Shown: positions 34,737-47,393 of the stretch, piece by piece
Numbering within the stretch: the first letter of the stretch is position 1
How the letters are laid out: each line of letters begins with the position of its first letter
NCBI GenBank assembly: GCA_964019425.1
Contig: OZ025805.1
Span: 372,001 to 436,000 of the forward strand
Source: Flectonema sp. DT1601
Taxonomy: Eukaryota
Direction: 5' to 3'
Length of the DNA: 64,000 bases
Program-made: the position numbers and the translations under genes
Notes under the pieces: model-generated
Seen by the model: the letters and a program-made list of their open reading frames with translations, nothing else
The model's database searches: none
Told to the model about the DNA's origin: nothing

Positions 34737-36464
34737 CCCTCTAATAAGAGGCAAAAAACCCTGTTTTTGAGAAAAATCGAAAAATTTGACAAAGGAGAAA
34801 AGGGGTGTGGGGAAAAATACAAAAAAAATACAGGGTGAAAGACACCCCCCCGCGCATTGAAAAAAAACTGAGGTCAGCCCGCAAGGGGGCCAAAATAACT
34901 TGAGAAAATGCAACAACAGCCTAAAAAAACACTGTTGCTTAGGACCCCTGGGTTCGCTTTGATTTTGGCAATGTTGTAGGAGTAGAGTGCTTCCGTTTCA
35001 TGTTTTTCGGTGGGATATGATTGTGTGTAGCAAAGGTATGGTTGTTGCAAACAGGGGCTGAATACTTGTCAATATTTTCGTGATATTGTTCGAAGCAGGG
35101 ATCCATGCATAAGAAAACCTCGCTTTTTGAACAACAAATCGATGACCTTACTTTTTTTGAGAACAAATCCGTGAACTGCAGTCCCCAAAAATACCGAATT
35201 TTCGTAGGTAGTGACATTTTGTGTGAGTTTGGTGTGTTCCGTGAACAATAAGTTGAGAACATAGCCTCTTTTTGAACTGAGCATATGTCCCGACGTCTTT
35301 TTCAGACTTCTTTTGGAGGGTGAAAACATTGAAGATAGAAATCTCTAACAAGTAGTGAAAGACTTTCAGGGTCCAGCGTTTTGTCATCAGAGTTCTTCTT
35401 GCCTTCCCCCTGATACCGTCTACGAGGTCAACACCACCCATCAGTTTGTTGTACTGATGGATCTGTACCAGTAAGTCGATGGTCACTTTTTGATAGATTT
35501 CCTTATTTTAGTCCATCACGTGGCTGTCTCATAATTCTCCTCGAGAGGCAATGTGCTGAAGACATGTACTTCTTTTGGATTGTCCCTGAATTTATGTGAT
35601 GCACATTGTGCTAGGACTGAAAGTACGAGGCAGAGAACTTCTCCACCCGTCCCTGCGCCTCCGCCTTATTAATCTCTGACCATTTGGGAACTATTGTTTC
35701 CCAAAAGCTGCGGATTTTGTAGAGCTTGTCAGTAGGTACGGGGTTGGTGACAGTGTAAAACTTTAGATTGGTTCGAATTTAGAGGAACCGATCTCAGGAA
35801 GCAAAGTGGGGTGTGTACGCCGGGTCTGATGTACCGTTCCTGTAATCTTAGGGTAATCTGAGATATTTGGCTTATCACAGAGACCCACGAGGATATTGAG
35901 TCCTAAAGAGAGTTTGAGTTCAGCTACGTTAAGATTGAGTGCCTAGTTGTTGCTGCAGTGCGAAATCATCTCATCACCTTTGGGGTGAACACAAGTTCAA
36001 ATTTCTGCAGTTCCTTCATCAATTTCAGGTCTGACATGTCCTGCAAGGACCGCCGAAACGTGTGTCGTCTTACCTTGGTGATTTTCTTGCTCCATTTCAG
36101 AGGGGAAATGCTTGGCTCTATTGTACTCTTTTCATCGCTCGAAGAAGACTCAGGAGCACCCGAATCTGGGATAGGTGACCCTACTGAATCATTTTCGATG
36201 GAAATAGCTTTAGGGATTTTAATTTTTGGCTGAAAACATGGGATAGTCATGGGCAACCTGGCTAAGACTGTTCCCAGTGCAGAAAAAAAAAAATGAACTT
36301 TTTCTCAGAAAAAGCTGGTGATTTTTGCAGCACGATCCCACATAAAATTTGTCGTTTTTTGGCAGCTCTGGCTCCACCCTTGTACTCACAAGGTACATTT
36401 TTCCCCTTTGTCAAAAAAAAAAAAACGCGAAAGGCCACTATAGTGGCCTTCAGGGCTTAAAGGG
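34737..36464 (-). mobile_element. Degenerate piggyBac-like transposon, different family
   Basis: TTAA-CCCT...AGGG-TTAA; minus-strand YNKLMGGVDLVD...KRWTLKVFHYLLEISIFN, ELKLSLGLNILVG and FLCMDPCFEQYH, split by frameshifts. Confidence 0.88.
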
Positions 36465-36479
36465 TTAAAAAGATAAAAA

Positions 36480-36516
<37 letters not shown>

Positions 36517-37187
36517 GTCTGTGGTAGTGTTGAATTACAATACAAGTAATTGTATCTTCGGTGAAGGGTTGTGTGAACTTTCTTCTTTTCTTCTTCTTCT
36601 TTCTTCTTTTTTTTCCCTCCTTTTTTTTTCCAATAAATAAAAATAGCGATTATATCGTTGAGGGGGTATTGTTTGGTATAAAAAAACTTCGTTCCCCCCA
36701 TTTTTTTTGCATTGAAAAAATGCGTTTTGATTATGTTGTTTCTGTGCCTCTTATCATCCTCTTGAAGCAGGGCAGATGTTGTGTTTTCCCTCGTCTTTTA
36801 ACTAAATTGCTAAAATTATCTTTTTTTTATGTTTTTTATGATACAATACAGTTGTAATTATTACAAAAAAAAAAAAAAAATCGAACATTCAACCTCCCCG
36901 TTGTCTTCAAAGTTCCGAAAATGCATCTTATCTGTTTTGTATCGCTATGTTACGCGATACAAAACAGTTGTATTTTACAAATTCAAACATTCAATCCCCC
37001 CCTTGTCTTGGGATTTATTATAATGTAAAGTATTTACGTCAATCGCAGAGTGTATACCTACACTAACATTACCTTTAGTCACTGTATCTCAGAACTAATG
37101 TTAAATTATCGTTATGTTGTTTATGATACAAAACATTTGTATTTTACGTACAAACTCGAACAGTTAACCCCCCTTGTCTTGGGCTTA

Positions 37188-37441
37188 GTAACTACATCCC
37201 AGTCCTGCAAACTGGAATGACTCAGTCTCAACATTTGACTGACTTACTTCTACACCATACTGATGAGAGAGAATAGAGGTAAGAAGTATATGGATTACTC
37301 TCGAAACCTAAATAGTTACTTTATTATGCTAAGTTGCGCATCACCCTTAGTCACTGTATTTAAAACTAATGTTAAATTATCTTTATGTTGTTTATGATAC
37401 AACACAGTTGTAATTTTTACAAAATCGAACATACATCCCCT
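37188..37441 (+). repeat. Dispersed structured ~250-bp repeat (also about 45439-45690; degenerate at about 25134-25275)
   Basis: Near-identical copies; internal hairpins and CTGATGA/GAAA core; its 3' part recurs degenerately at about 36800-37180 and 38355-38420. Confidence 0.85.
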
Positions 37442-39552
37442 CCTTGTCTTCAAAGTTCCGCAAATGCAGCTTTGAATCGTAGCTGATTGTTTTATTTTAG
37501 TTAACTCTGGTACAATACAGATATTTTATATTTCTCTTAATAAAATATATTTTAAAGCACTTTCAAAATCCCCAAACCGCAAAACTAACAGCCAGAATAA
37601 ATAAATAAGATTCTCTTTGTTTTTTTCTTACGATCACCACCCCACTCCCCTACCCTTTATTTTATTATTATTTATTTATTTATTTTTGTTCACCGAGGAG
37701 GAGGAAAACAAAACAAACAAAGAAAAAAAAAAAAAAAAAAAAGAAAAAAGGAAGGAAAGCCTTTGATTTTTTGCGCAGCAAGAAAGCGCGTGAACGAACG
37801 ACTTAACTCTTCCCAACTCCCGGTAGTAATTGTTGAATGGCAGTTGCGAAAAAAGGAAAAAAAAAAAAAAGAAGAAGAAGAAGAAAAAAAAAAACAACAA
37901 CTGCAGCATTGTTTATTATTGTTGTATATTTTTTTTGGTGGTTTATTTTTTCTTTCCAACACACGGTTTGCATTTGGTGGCCCACATACGAACGAGACCC
38001 TCAACGCAGATAGCTGTTTTTTTCTTCTTCTTTTTTTATTTATTTATTCCCCTTGCCCCATGTGCTTCCAATTTTTCCCTACAAACAAATAGTGACATTG
38101 GAAGTTTTTGTGTTGTTATCTTTTGTTCAATTCTTTTTTCCTTGCGGGGAAAAAAAAAAAAAAGAACAAAAAATCTGATTGTTGCCTTGCCTTGTTTTTT
38201 CCTGCAACCGGCCTGCAAAACAGAAAGAACAAAAAAAAAAAAAAAAAAAAAAGAAAGAAAACAGAAATGTGTTGTCTACCTCCGATTCCCCTGGAGTTCA
38301 GTCAATCCTGAAATCCAGTGAAGGAAAAAAAAAAAAAAAAACAGAAAGTTAGCTAAATTATCGTTATGTTGTTTATGATACAATACATTTGTATTTTACG
38401 TACAAAATCGAACAGTTAACTCCCCTGGAGTTCAGTAAAACCTGAAAGCCAGTGAAGGGAAAAAAAATAAAAAAATAGAAAGTTAGCCAAATTAGAAGTA
38501 GAAATGAAGTTGCTATTTATTTGTTTATTTTTATTTTTATTATTATTTTTATTTTCTTGAAAAAAAAAAAAAAAAAAAAAAAAAAGCCATTTTTAAAAAG
38601 CTCTTGTTATCAATACAATTATCAAGAGAAATAATGGCTCTTCAGCTAAGTGACATGCTAGTCAAGTTTATTTTTTTTCCGCAAAAAAAAAAAAAAAAAA
38701 TTGTGTCCGAGCGGTTAGTTAGTAAAAATGATATTTACATACAGTCCTTAGTGATTTTTTTTTTTTTTTTTTATATTGCCTGTTTTTTTTCCCTCTTTAT
38801 TTTTTTTTTTCCCCCTTTTTTTTTCCTTCTATAACACCCAGCCTTTTACTCAATTCTTATTCCCAAATCTCTCTCGTACGGTAGTGTTAGCAAGAGTGGT
38901 TTTTTTTTATTTTTTTATATTATTTTTATTTTTTTGAAAAACTGTGTTTACTTTCACCTTATGTCTGATTGGTAGGTAAAGTGAAGAGTTTTTATTGTTT
39001 TTTTTCCTTTCCTTTTAATACTCTTCCTCCGCCTTGTTTAACATTACCACGCACACAACACACAACCCCCTCTCCACTTTTGTCCCTATTCCCACCCTGT
39101 CATCGTGAATTTATTGTTTTTTTTTTTTTGTCTGAAACAAAAAAAAAAAAAAAAAAAAAAAATTATATATCCCCACCCTCCATTCCTACACATGGCTGCC
39201 AGCTGTTTAAAAAACACCCTAAACTCAATATCCCTGTTGAAGCTAGTTTTTCTCGATCCTTTTTTTTTTTTCTTCTTTATTTTTTGTTGTTGTTCTTATT
39301 ACAATGTCATTTAATTGAAAAACAGGCAACAAACAAAAAAAATGATGATGGGAAAGGACAAGAGAAGATAGTTTCTTATGATTTTTGTAATGTAGTAAAA
39401 CTATCTCACCTCTATAACAGTAATTGACATCTCAAATAATGACTACTGACAGGGGTCAACCAGCTACCACAAACGTTAGCGTTTCTTTCTTCTTTCTTCT
39501 TAATATGTGTTATTTTTACCGTAACAAGGAAAAGGATAAATAAATAAATAAG

Positions 39553-41442
39553 ATGGACAGACCTGATATAATATTCGAAGCTGAAGGTCATCAAATGAAA
39601 TGCAACAGAAAAGTATTAATGTCGAAGAGTACCTACTTGGAGGAATATCTAACTGAGAACGAACCCACCAGTAAAGTCTGTATCAGTAACGTTCCTCACA
39701 GCGCATGTGAAACAGTGATAAAATGGATGCATGAAGAAGGGGATTTGAATGAAGCGATACCAGAGTCTCAAGACTGTAAGACTACTCAAAAAGTTTGGGA
39801 ACTTTCTCTTCGGTTTGCTGTTGTTCAGATTACTGAACATTGCTCAAAGATATTAGTGAAGTTTATAACTCATGAGAGTGTTTGTGATTACCTGTCGTCA
39901 ATATTTCGATACACTAAACAGTGCAGTGGAACTCCACCTTCTCTAATCGAGTCTGCTGTCGAATTATTAAAAAGAAATTGTTTTGGATATCTGTCGAAAT
40001 ATCATTCAGAGATTCAAAAGACTCCTCCGTACTTTGCGATGATGACTTCCAAGAATTACCGTCTTCGACAAGCTGTTGAGGAAATGACTAATAACACTAA
40101 TACAGAAACACCAAAAGGAATGGCTGCTTTGTTACATAAATTAAAAGAACAACCTGTTCAGCCGTTGCCTCAAACTTCTGTTCTTAGATCCCATTCGGTT
40201 GGTCAAGAAACTACTTTTCTTGATTCTGATATTATTACACCAGCGGTTGACGATCCAGTGTATGAGGCATCTCTTAACAGTCGAAGTGATGTTTTTCAAA
40301 AAGGTGATGGAGAAGGTCGATCTCCGATTCCACAACCAGCTGCATTACTACAAAGTGATCTCGAGGACGTTGGTTTGCTTATTGTTAAAAATAATAATAT
40401 TCCTCTTCCACCAAACGTTCGACTTGCAACATGTGTCGAAGCACATACGAATAGAGTTATACTAAAAGACTTAATGGACAGCGTTGACGGAGGGTTCCTA
40501 TCGTCCTTTCAACTGCAAGATGGAAAAGTTGACGGTCCAGGTTTTGGTGTTCCTCTGAGGTTTACAACAGGTAAATTTCCAACCTGTTCAATGAGAATCA
40601 TTGTCAAACCTGATGAGTACAAACTAAATAAACTTCCTGCATCACCAATCCCAGCATCACAACGAAGTGTAACTGAACTCAGTAACAGCACTGTTGGGAA
40701 TATCAGCGCTGCGACTCCTGAACAACCGAAAAAAATTTCAACAGCATACGATACAGAGAGAGATAGTTTACTATTAAAACACTGTAAACTACAACAGGAA
40801 GTACGTGTGACAGCTCATGAGCTTGAAATGTTCAAGTGTGATTTTCAAGATTGGGAAACTAGTTTAAATGAAACGAACGCATTGAGAGAAGTTGAAGAAC
40901 AAAGATTAAAACAACGAATAGTTCAACAAAAACGACAATTGCTTCGAACGGTGTACGGACACACCATTGACAGTGAGAGTCCAATAAGCGACTCCAAACG
41001 TCAACGGGAACGAGACCAATTTAGAAAGCTAACAGACAATATAGACTCACAGGAAGATGGAGAACAGCTGCTTCAGATTAAAAAAATGTGTTCGGAATTA
41101 GAATTAGAAATATCAGGGTTAAGAGACGTGGAGAAACTTATCAAATCAGAGTTGTCTGAAAACATCCAGTACGATGAATACGGTAAAAGATATATCTCAG
41201 CTGTTAGCGGTGCTCAGATAGAACTTTCTGGCCTAATTCAGAATAACAATTTTAATAATGGATTGTTATCACTGAGTGATATAAAAAATCAGATAAAACA
41301 CGATCGTGATCAGTCAGAGTCTGAAAATAGTTCTCTAAGTGTTATAAATAAAAAATTAAGATCGAGAATTGAGAATGAATGTTCTCAGATTACCAGGATT
41401 CAAATGTTTCTTAATCCACAACTACCGGTTCCAATACCATAG
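39553..41442 (+). CDS. BTB/POZ-domain protein with C-terminal coiled coil
   Basis: PDIIFEAEGHQMKCNRKVLMSKSTYL...CETVIKWMH BTB pattern; 629-aa ORF. Confidence 0.8.
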   Translation: MDRPDIIFEAEGHQMKCNRKVLMSKSTYLEEYLTENEPTSKVCISNVPHSACETVIKWMHEEGDLNEAIPESQDCKTTQKVWELSLRFAVVQITEHCSKILVKFITHESVCDYLSSIFRYTKQCSGTPPSLIESAVELLKRNCFGYLSKYHSEIQKTPPYFAMMTSKNYRLRQAVEEMTNNTNTETPKGMAALLHKLKEQPVQPLPQTSVLRSHSVGQETTFLDSDIITPAVDDPVYEASLNSRSDVFQKGDGEGRSPIPQPAALLQSDLEDVGLLIVKNNNIPLPPNVRLATCVEAHTNRVILKDLMDSVDGGFLSSFQLQDGKVDGPGFGVPLRFTTGKFPTCSMRIIVKPDEYKLNKLPASPIPASQRSVTELSNSTVGNISAATPEQPKKISTAYDTERDSLLLKHCKLQQEVRVTAHELEMFKCDFQDWETSLNETNALREVEEQRLKQRIVQQKRQLLRTVYGHTIDSESPISDSKRQRERDQFRKLTDNIDSQEDGEQLLQIKKMCSELELEISGLRDVEKLIKSELSENIQYDEYGKRYISAVSGAQIELSGLIQNNNFNNGLLSLSDIKNQIKHDRDQSESENSSLSVINKKLRSRIENECSQITRIQMFLNPQLPVPIP

Positions 41443-41830
41443 TATCGGTTTTTTATATTATAATTAAGTTAGATATTTTTCTCCTAACCTCCTCTTCTTC
41501 CTCCTTCCTCATATTTCTTTTTTTTTAGATTTCGTTAGACTAATTGTGATATCATTCTGTCTTGTTCTATATTTATATTATTATTGTTATTGTTTGCGAC
41601 AGGAATCATCATCAAATTATGGGTGTTTTTCGGTTATTTATTTTTTTATTTTTTTTGTTTTTTTGCAAAAACAAAGTTTTTTAGGCAACCCAAATTATGA
41701 AAACTACAACAAAAATACCCCCCAAAAATAGGGATTGCGATCCAAAGAAACAGTTCTTAAGCACTTTAGAACAAGTCTTTGAAAAATCTCAAAAAGTGTG
41801 AACCAGTAACTGAGGGGGGGGGGGGGGTAG

Positions 41831-43799
41831 GGGGGGTACAAGCTGTCGATAAAGTACTTTTTCCGAATTTTGGTAAATATAACCTTCCCGGGGGCAAAAA
41901 TTACCCAGGACCCCATCAGAACCCCCAAAAATGTGATTTCGGGGCCGAAAAAACCTCGATTTGGCTGATTTCGGCAAGGGAATGAAATATCTCAAAAAGT
42001 GTGGACCGTGTGGTACCTGGGGGTCCAATTTTGAGGACTGTGAAATGCACCTTCAAATAATTTTTTTTTACAATGAGAAGAGGTGAGTCTTGGTGTGCCC
42101 CTGTATGCGCAGTTTGCTAATATACCATTTCCGTATCAGTTTCCACCTCAAGAACACGCCACGAAAAAGAACAGCGCTCTCGCTCGGCCATGCTTGAGGC
42201 CACGAGGCTCACGGGCAGGATAACGCAGCGGAAAACAACGTTCTGCAGGGCAGCTCACAAAGTCATTCTGCGGAGGAGAGCATTGATCCCAGAGTGCATG
42301 AAAACACCTCCCGAGGCATCTCTGAAGTTACTCAACAACACTTGGACAGTCAGAAGTAAGATACGCGTGAGAAAGGGGTCAAGAAACGTCCAGTATCTGA
42401 ATCGTGATCACAGAAGGCTCACAGAGTGGAGAAAGCGCCACGTCAGTACCCTAAACAGGGATAATCCTGAAGACAGCTGTAGTGGTAGTGCGTCAAATAG
42501 CAGTGCCATAGATAAGCAGCAGCGACATAGGGCAACATGCCCTATCCAAAAAGCCATTCAAGGCATCACTTAAGACCCAACCATACTCACCAGCGGGGCA
42601 TACAAGACACTCTAGTATATGCAGCATAAGGAGAAGTACGAAAGACACACCCGCTTGCAACTGTACCCAAACGAGGGGGATATACTCCTGGAGTCTTGGA
42701 GTCGTAACAACACTGCAGATATTGCGGCAAGAAGGGATCGGCGCAGAGACATCCAACTAAGTCCTGAGTGAGTGACATAGTTGAAGCTGTCGCAGGTGCG
42801 CAGATGGAAGAGAAGCGGGTCGAAGTCACTAATTATATCTTGAAGGACAGTCCGACTTGTTGATGGATTCACAGGTGATCTGTCGGTGACCTGACTTCTT
42901 GAAGCAGCAGCTTCCTCCTCACCCTCCGTCACATCGCTGCAGCATGATACTTCCTCTAGCGCCCGTCGTGCTCGTGGGATGAAGCTAACAACCGTGGCGT
43001 TCGTTGTCATCCTGCACCCCTCAAGGGATGGGGAGGTTATTCAGTGTTGTTGATAGTTCTTGGTCAACTGATGGAACCAGTGGCGTGAATGCTACTCTAC
43101 TGATAACGTACAACATATTCCAGAGGTACACGGACTTCCAAAGGCTACCACATCAACGCAGGACCACCGACCCTCTTCAGATTGGCAAGAACAAGCACAA
43201 CAGGAGGCGCTACAGGGGCTGAACGTACCACCCCGTCCTCACAGGGAAGACCTCTAGACAGCAAGGTCTAATACTAATCTGCCATCTGTATCCAAGGATT
43301 GGTCCTCTGTCTATCTTGTACAGAAAGAAGCACAGCTTCGGGCCGAATTTCGAAAGCTGAGCACATGGGATGTTCAAGAGAAGGCCAGTAGCCTAAACAT
43401 CGGACATGGGGGAATTAACAAGCCGGTCTGGTGGAGCATATTATTAAGGTTCAAATCAGGACGATAAAAATAAAAATTGGGTTCCCATTTCATTCCCCAC
43501 TCAACTCAGAGGGAAACCCTGGTTATGGATTGCTCAATGCACGGAATTACTTGTAATTTTTGTGAGCCCTCCTAACACACCCTTGTTTTCACCCCCCTCA
43601 GGTACCACACGGTCCACACTTTTTGAGATTTTTCAAAGACTTGCTCTAAAGTGCCGAAGAACTGTTTCTTTGGATCGCAATCCCCATTTTTGGGGTATAT
43701 GTTGCAGTTTTCATAATTTGGGTGCCCAAAAAACTTGTTCTCCGGAAAAAAACCGAAAGTGCCCAAAATCTCCGTAAAATCGATGCTTGTACCCCCCCC
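41831..43799. mobile_element. Non-autonomous TIR DNA transposon with G-run termini; further end fragments at about 41620-41810 and 45692-45827
   Basis: GGGGGGTACAAGCTGTCGAT ... ATCGATGCTTGTACCCCCCCC, flanked by TAG on both sides; subterminal inverted block ATCTCAAAAAGTGTGGACCGTGTGGTACCTG. Confidence 0.75.
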
Positions 43800-43803
43800 T
43801 AGG

Positions 43804-45333
43804 ACGACTGTACTTCAAAAGAAGACACAAGTCATTGCAAATGATGAACTCACACAGGTCCCGCCGATAATTCCAACAATGATACCAACACCAATTACAA
43901 ATTTATCACAATCGACACCGTCAATTGTACTTCAAAAGAATACACAAGTCAGTGCGAGTGATGCACTTACACAGGCCCCGCCGATAATTCCAACGCTGAT
44001 GCCAGCAAGGATTTCAAAAATATCACAATTAGCACCGCCGACTGTAATTCAGAAGAAGACACAAGTTATTGCAAATGAGGCACCTACAATGGCCCCACCT
44101 GCAATCCCAACGTTGATGCCAGCAACGATCTCAAAGGTATCACAATTGGAACCTCCGACTGTACATCAAAGTGTGATTCAATCTATGAAAACGATACAAT
44201 TACCGATTGTATCACCATTGGATCTGGATCATAATGATGTGGATATGATCGATATGCCGTCACCAGCAACAGTACAACTGGATACGGACACTGACATGGT
44301 AATGGAAACTATGTCACCAGAGACGCAGGAATCACCGGAGCATAGATATGCTGGCTTAATGACTCCATCCAAAGACAGGATGGAGTCACCACCAATAACT
44401 CCGATTAAGATTAAGACTCCACTGAAAATAAAGACGCCTCTGAAGATCGAAACTCCGACTAAAATAATTCCACAAACCCAACAAGCATGTTGGGATGGAA
44501 AGAACCTCGAATTAATACGAAGTTTGTCAAAAGAAAGACAGTTGGAGAAAATAGTCACCACATACAGACTAAGATCAACTACACCACAAACAGTAGCCAG
44601 GAAGATGGAAACACCACCTACTGTAAGCAGTAAAGCCACGAATTCCGGAACAACAATACCGATTACACCACAAAAGGTATCAAGAGTACTAACATACACA
44701 GATACAGAGAATATCGGTAAAACTTGCAAATATTGCAATAAATCCTGGAAGTCATTTATTGACCATATCAATAAATGTGGAATATTCAGAGCATCAAAAT
44801 AATATCCAACATATGTTGATGAAGATGATAACACTTCATTTACGGTCACTGAATACAAAACGGATCCTCGAAATAGTATTGTAACTGTTACAAAAGATGA
44901 GACAGAAACTCATATGTTATCTATCAAAAAGAATGGCAAGTTGGCAACACAAACGGTCGCTGATGAACCAGAGAGAAGCAGTAACAAGAGACTGAACTCA
45001 CAGAGTCCAATGCGAATTGTGAGAATCAAAAAATACCTGAGCAACCGGAAAAGGCTTAAAAATGAGTGTACTGAACATAAGTTGGCACAGAAAATGAAAC
45101 TTAAAGAAGTACAAAAACAGAAATTAGCAAAGGGAAAGGAAAAGAAGAAACTGAAATTGGTAAAAAGACTCAACTCGCAGAGTCCAATGAGACCGATGCT
45201 CAGAAGAAATACTCGAAAGAAAAGAAGCAAACAAGATGAACATGATTCTTCAGATGATATGAGTATTTCACAGAGATCTTCAACTCCAGATATCCCTGAT
45301 GCTAAGGAACAATTATCAGACTTTGATAATTAA
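43804..45333 (+). pseudogene. 5'-truncated T/P-rich repeat protein with C2HC finger and basic tail; one internal TAA (44800-44802)
   Basis: ORFs 43735-44802 and 44914-45333 share a frame and are separated by one stop; about 39-aa repeats; CKYCNKSWKSFIDHINKC. Confidence 0.6.
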
Positions 45334-45493
45334 AAACACTTTCTACAATTATTGTAGAAAAGTGCTCCACTAGTAGTGAGCTAAGAACTAGTAACAGCAA
45401 AAAATATGTTTTTTTTATTTATGAACATGAAACGCAAAGTAACTACATTCCAGTCCTGCAAACTGGAATGACTCAGTCTCAACATTTGACTGA

Positions 45494-45560
45494 CTTACTT
45501 CTACACCATACTGATGAGAGAGAATAGAGGTAAGAGGTATATGGATTACTCTCGAAACCT
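45494..45560 (+). ncRNA. Candidate permuted hammerhead ribozyme
   Basis: CCATA-CTGATGA-GAGAG ... AGG-TA-TATGG ... CTCTC-GAAA-CCT, plus a 10-bp extra helix. Confidence 0.6.
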
Positions 45561-46397
45561 ATAGTTACTTTAATATGCTAAGTTGCGCATCACCCTTAGT
45601 CACTGTATTTTAAAACTAATGTTAAATTATCTTTATGTTTTTATGATACAACACAGTTGTAATTTTTACAAAATCGAACATACATCCCCCCTAGGGGGTA
45701 CAAGCATCGATTTTACGGAGATTTTGGGCACTTTCGGTTTTTTTACGGAGAACAAGTTTTTTGTGCACCTAAATTATGAGAACTGCAACATATACCCCAA
45801 AAATGGGGATTGCGATCCAAAGAAACATGTGGCTCAGATAGCTCATAATTCATCATAAGTTGTGACTTCATATAAAGAAAGTGTTGTACAAGTGTTTTCA
45901 TTAAGTATCAAAGTAGCACACGTAAACCTTCTTTAACTTTATCAGTTTCGGTTCACGGGGTTTCGTGACACAAACAAAACATCACAGTTGTTATATTATT
46001 ATTTTCTGTATAGTTCAAGATAAAGCCAATTCTCTTTTAGTAAATATAAACCCATTGTTGTTTGGTAGAGCGTAATTAACCTATTCCTTTATTAAAGATT
46101 TTTTACTGGTTGCGCCAAAACAAAACTAAAATGAAGTGCAATTTGCCGATTCCTTTTTACCCAGGTAGTACTTTTACAAAGAATGTAGAACCGAATTGGT
46201 TAAACATTTCATTACAGGAATCTAACAACATGTCGCATTCTTCGTAGTATTCGATACCCAGACATGATTCAATGTAGGGATCGTATTTATATAATTGTTG
46301 CCGCCTGGCGTTTGGAACACAACATCCACACATTCTTTACACAGCAGCCATATATTAACACCCCACAGCAAATAGTAATTCAAAAAACTAACAAACA

Positions 46398-47393
46398 ATG
46401 CAAGTTTTTGTGACTTGTCCTGATTGGGGACTCCCCGCAGTGACAGTGACGGCTGGTGCTGATTCAGTTGTGAGCGACGTGTTGACGACGGCTGCTGGGG
46501 AGTGGGATGTGGATCCGGATGAAGTTGAACTCTCATTTGCTGGTGATACCCTTTGCGAGACTGATCGGCTGGCAGATCATGGAGTGGAATTTGAAATGTG
46601 GGAGAAGCAATTTAGGATATTCGGTAAAAGCTGGTTTGTTGATAATGCAAAACGGGAGCAGCTGCTTCTTTGGATGAGAGACCACATTACGGAGTATTTA
46701 TGTCTGGACACTCCGACATTCACAGAAGATGGTTGCCTCACTGTTGACGGTAAGCTGCTTCCTTCAGATGCCAAACAGGTTGCTTTCCGCAATTCAAATT
46801 CCAACAGTACAGCCATGTCATCAGTTACCACTATCGGAGATGAGTTCTTGTTTTGCTCACAAATCACTTCTCTTGACCTTTCTGGTTTTAGTAGTGTCAC
46901 TACTATTGGTGATGATTTCTTGTCTTTCTGTTCAGGAATCACTTCTCTTGACCTTTCCAGTCTAAATAGTGTCACAACTATTGGTTATCTATTCTTGTCT
47001 AACTGTAGGCGACTCACTTCTTTGAACTTCTCAGCTCCTAGTAATGTCACCACTATTGGCTGCTTTTTCATGTCTTCCTGTTCAGGAATCACTTCTCTTG
47101 ACCTTTCAGGTCTTAGTAGTGTCACCACTATTGGAAATAATTTCTTGACTTCCTGTTCGCGACTCACTTCTGTGAATTTTTCAGGTCGTAGTAGTGTCAC
47201 CACTATTGGTGATTGTTTCTTGCTTTCCTGTTCAAAAATCACTACTCTTGACCTTTCAAGTCTAAGTAGTGTAACGGGAATTGGATTGAACTTCCTCAGA
47301 AAATGCGACTCTCTTGAATCTGTCCAGCTTCCTGAAAGTAATAGCGCTCTCTTTGAGAAGTCTGTGAAAGCAGTGATTGATCATTCAGGATAA
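46398..47393 (+). CDS. Ubiquitin-like + BspA-type LRR protein, 331 aa
   Basis: Intact ORF with family N- and C-termini; small in-frame deletion in the Ubl domain. Confidence 0.9.
   Translation: MQVFVTCPDWGLPAVTVTAGADSVVSDVLTTAAGEWDVDPDEVELSFAGDTLCETDRLADHGVEFEMWEKQFRIFGKSWFVDNAKREQLLLWMRDHITEYLCLDTPTFTEDGCLTVDGKLLPSDAKQVAFRNSNSNSTAMSSVTTIGDEFLFCSQITSLDLSGFSSVTTIGDDFLSFCSGITSLDLSSLNSVTTIGYLFLSNCRRLTSLNFSAPSNVTTIGCFFMSSCSGITSLDLSGLSSVTTIGNNFLTSCSRLTSVNFSGRSSVTTIGDCFLLSCSKITTLDLSSLSSVTGIGLNFLRKCDSLESVQLPESNSALFEKSVKAVIDHSG

Noticed and set aside
26771..39430. Dozens of poly-K/poly-F ORFs
   Set aside because: Artefacts of A/T homopolymer runs
42430..42760. Possible Ulp1-like protease remnants on the minus strand (YDS, GWVLSD, GTD-GAF)
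   Set aside because: Motifs are in different frames and not in canonical order; needs a profile search
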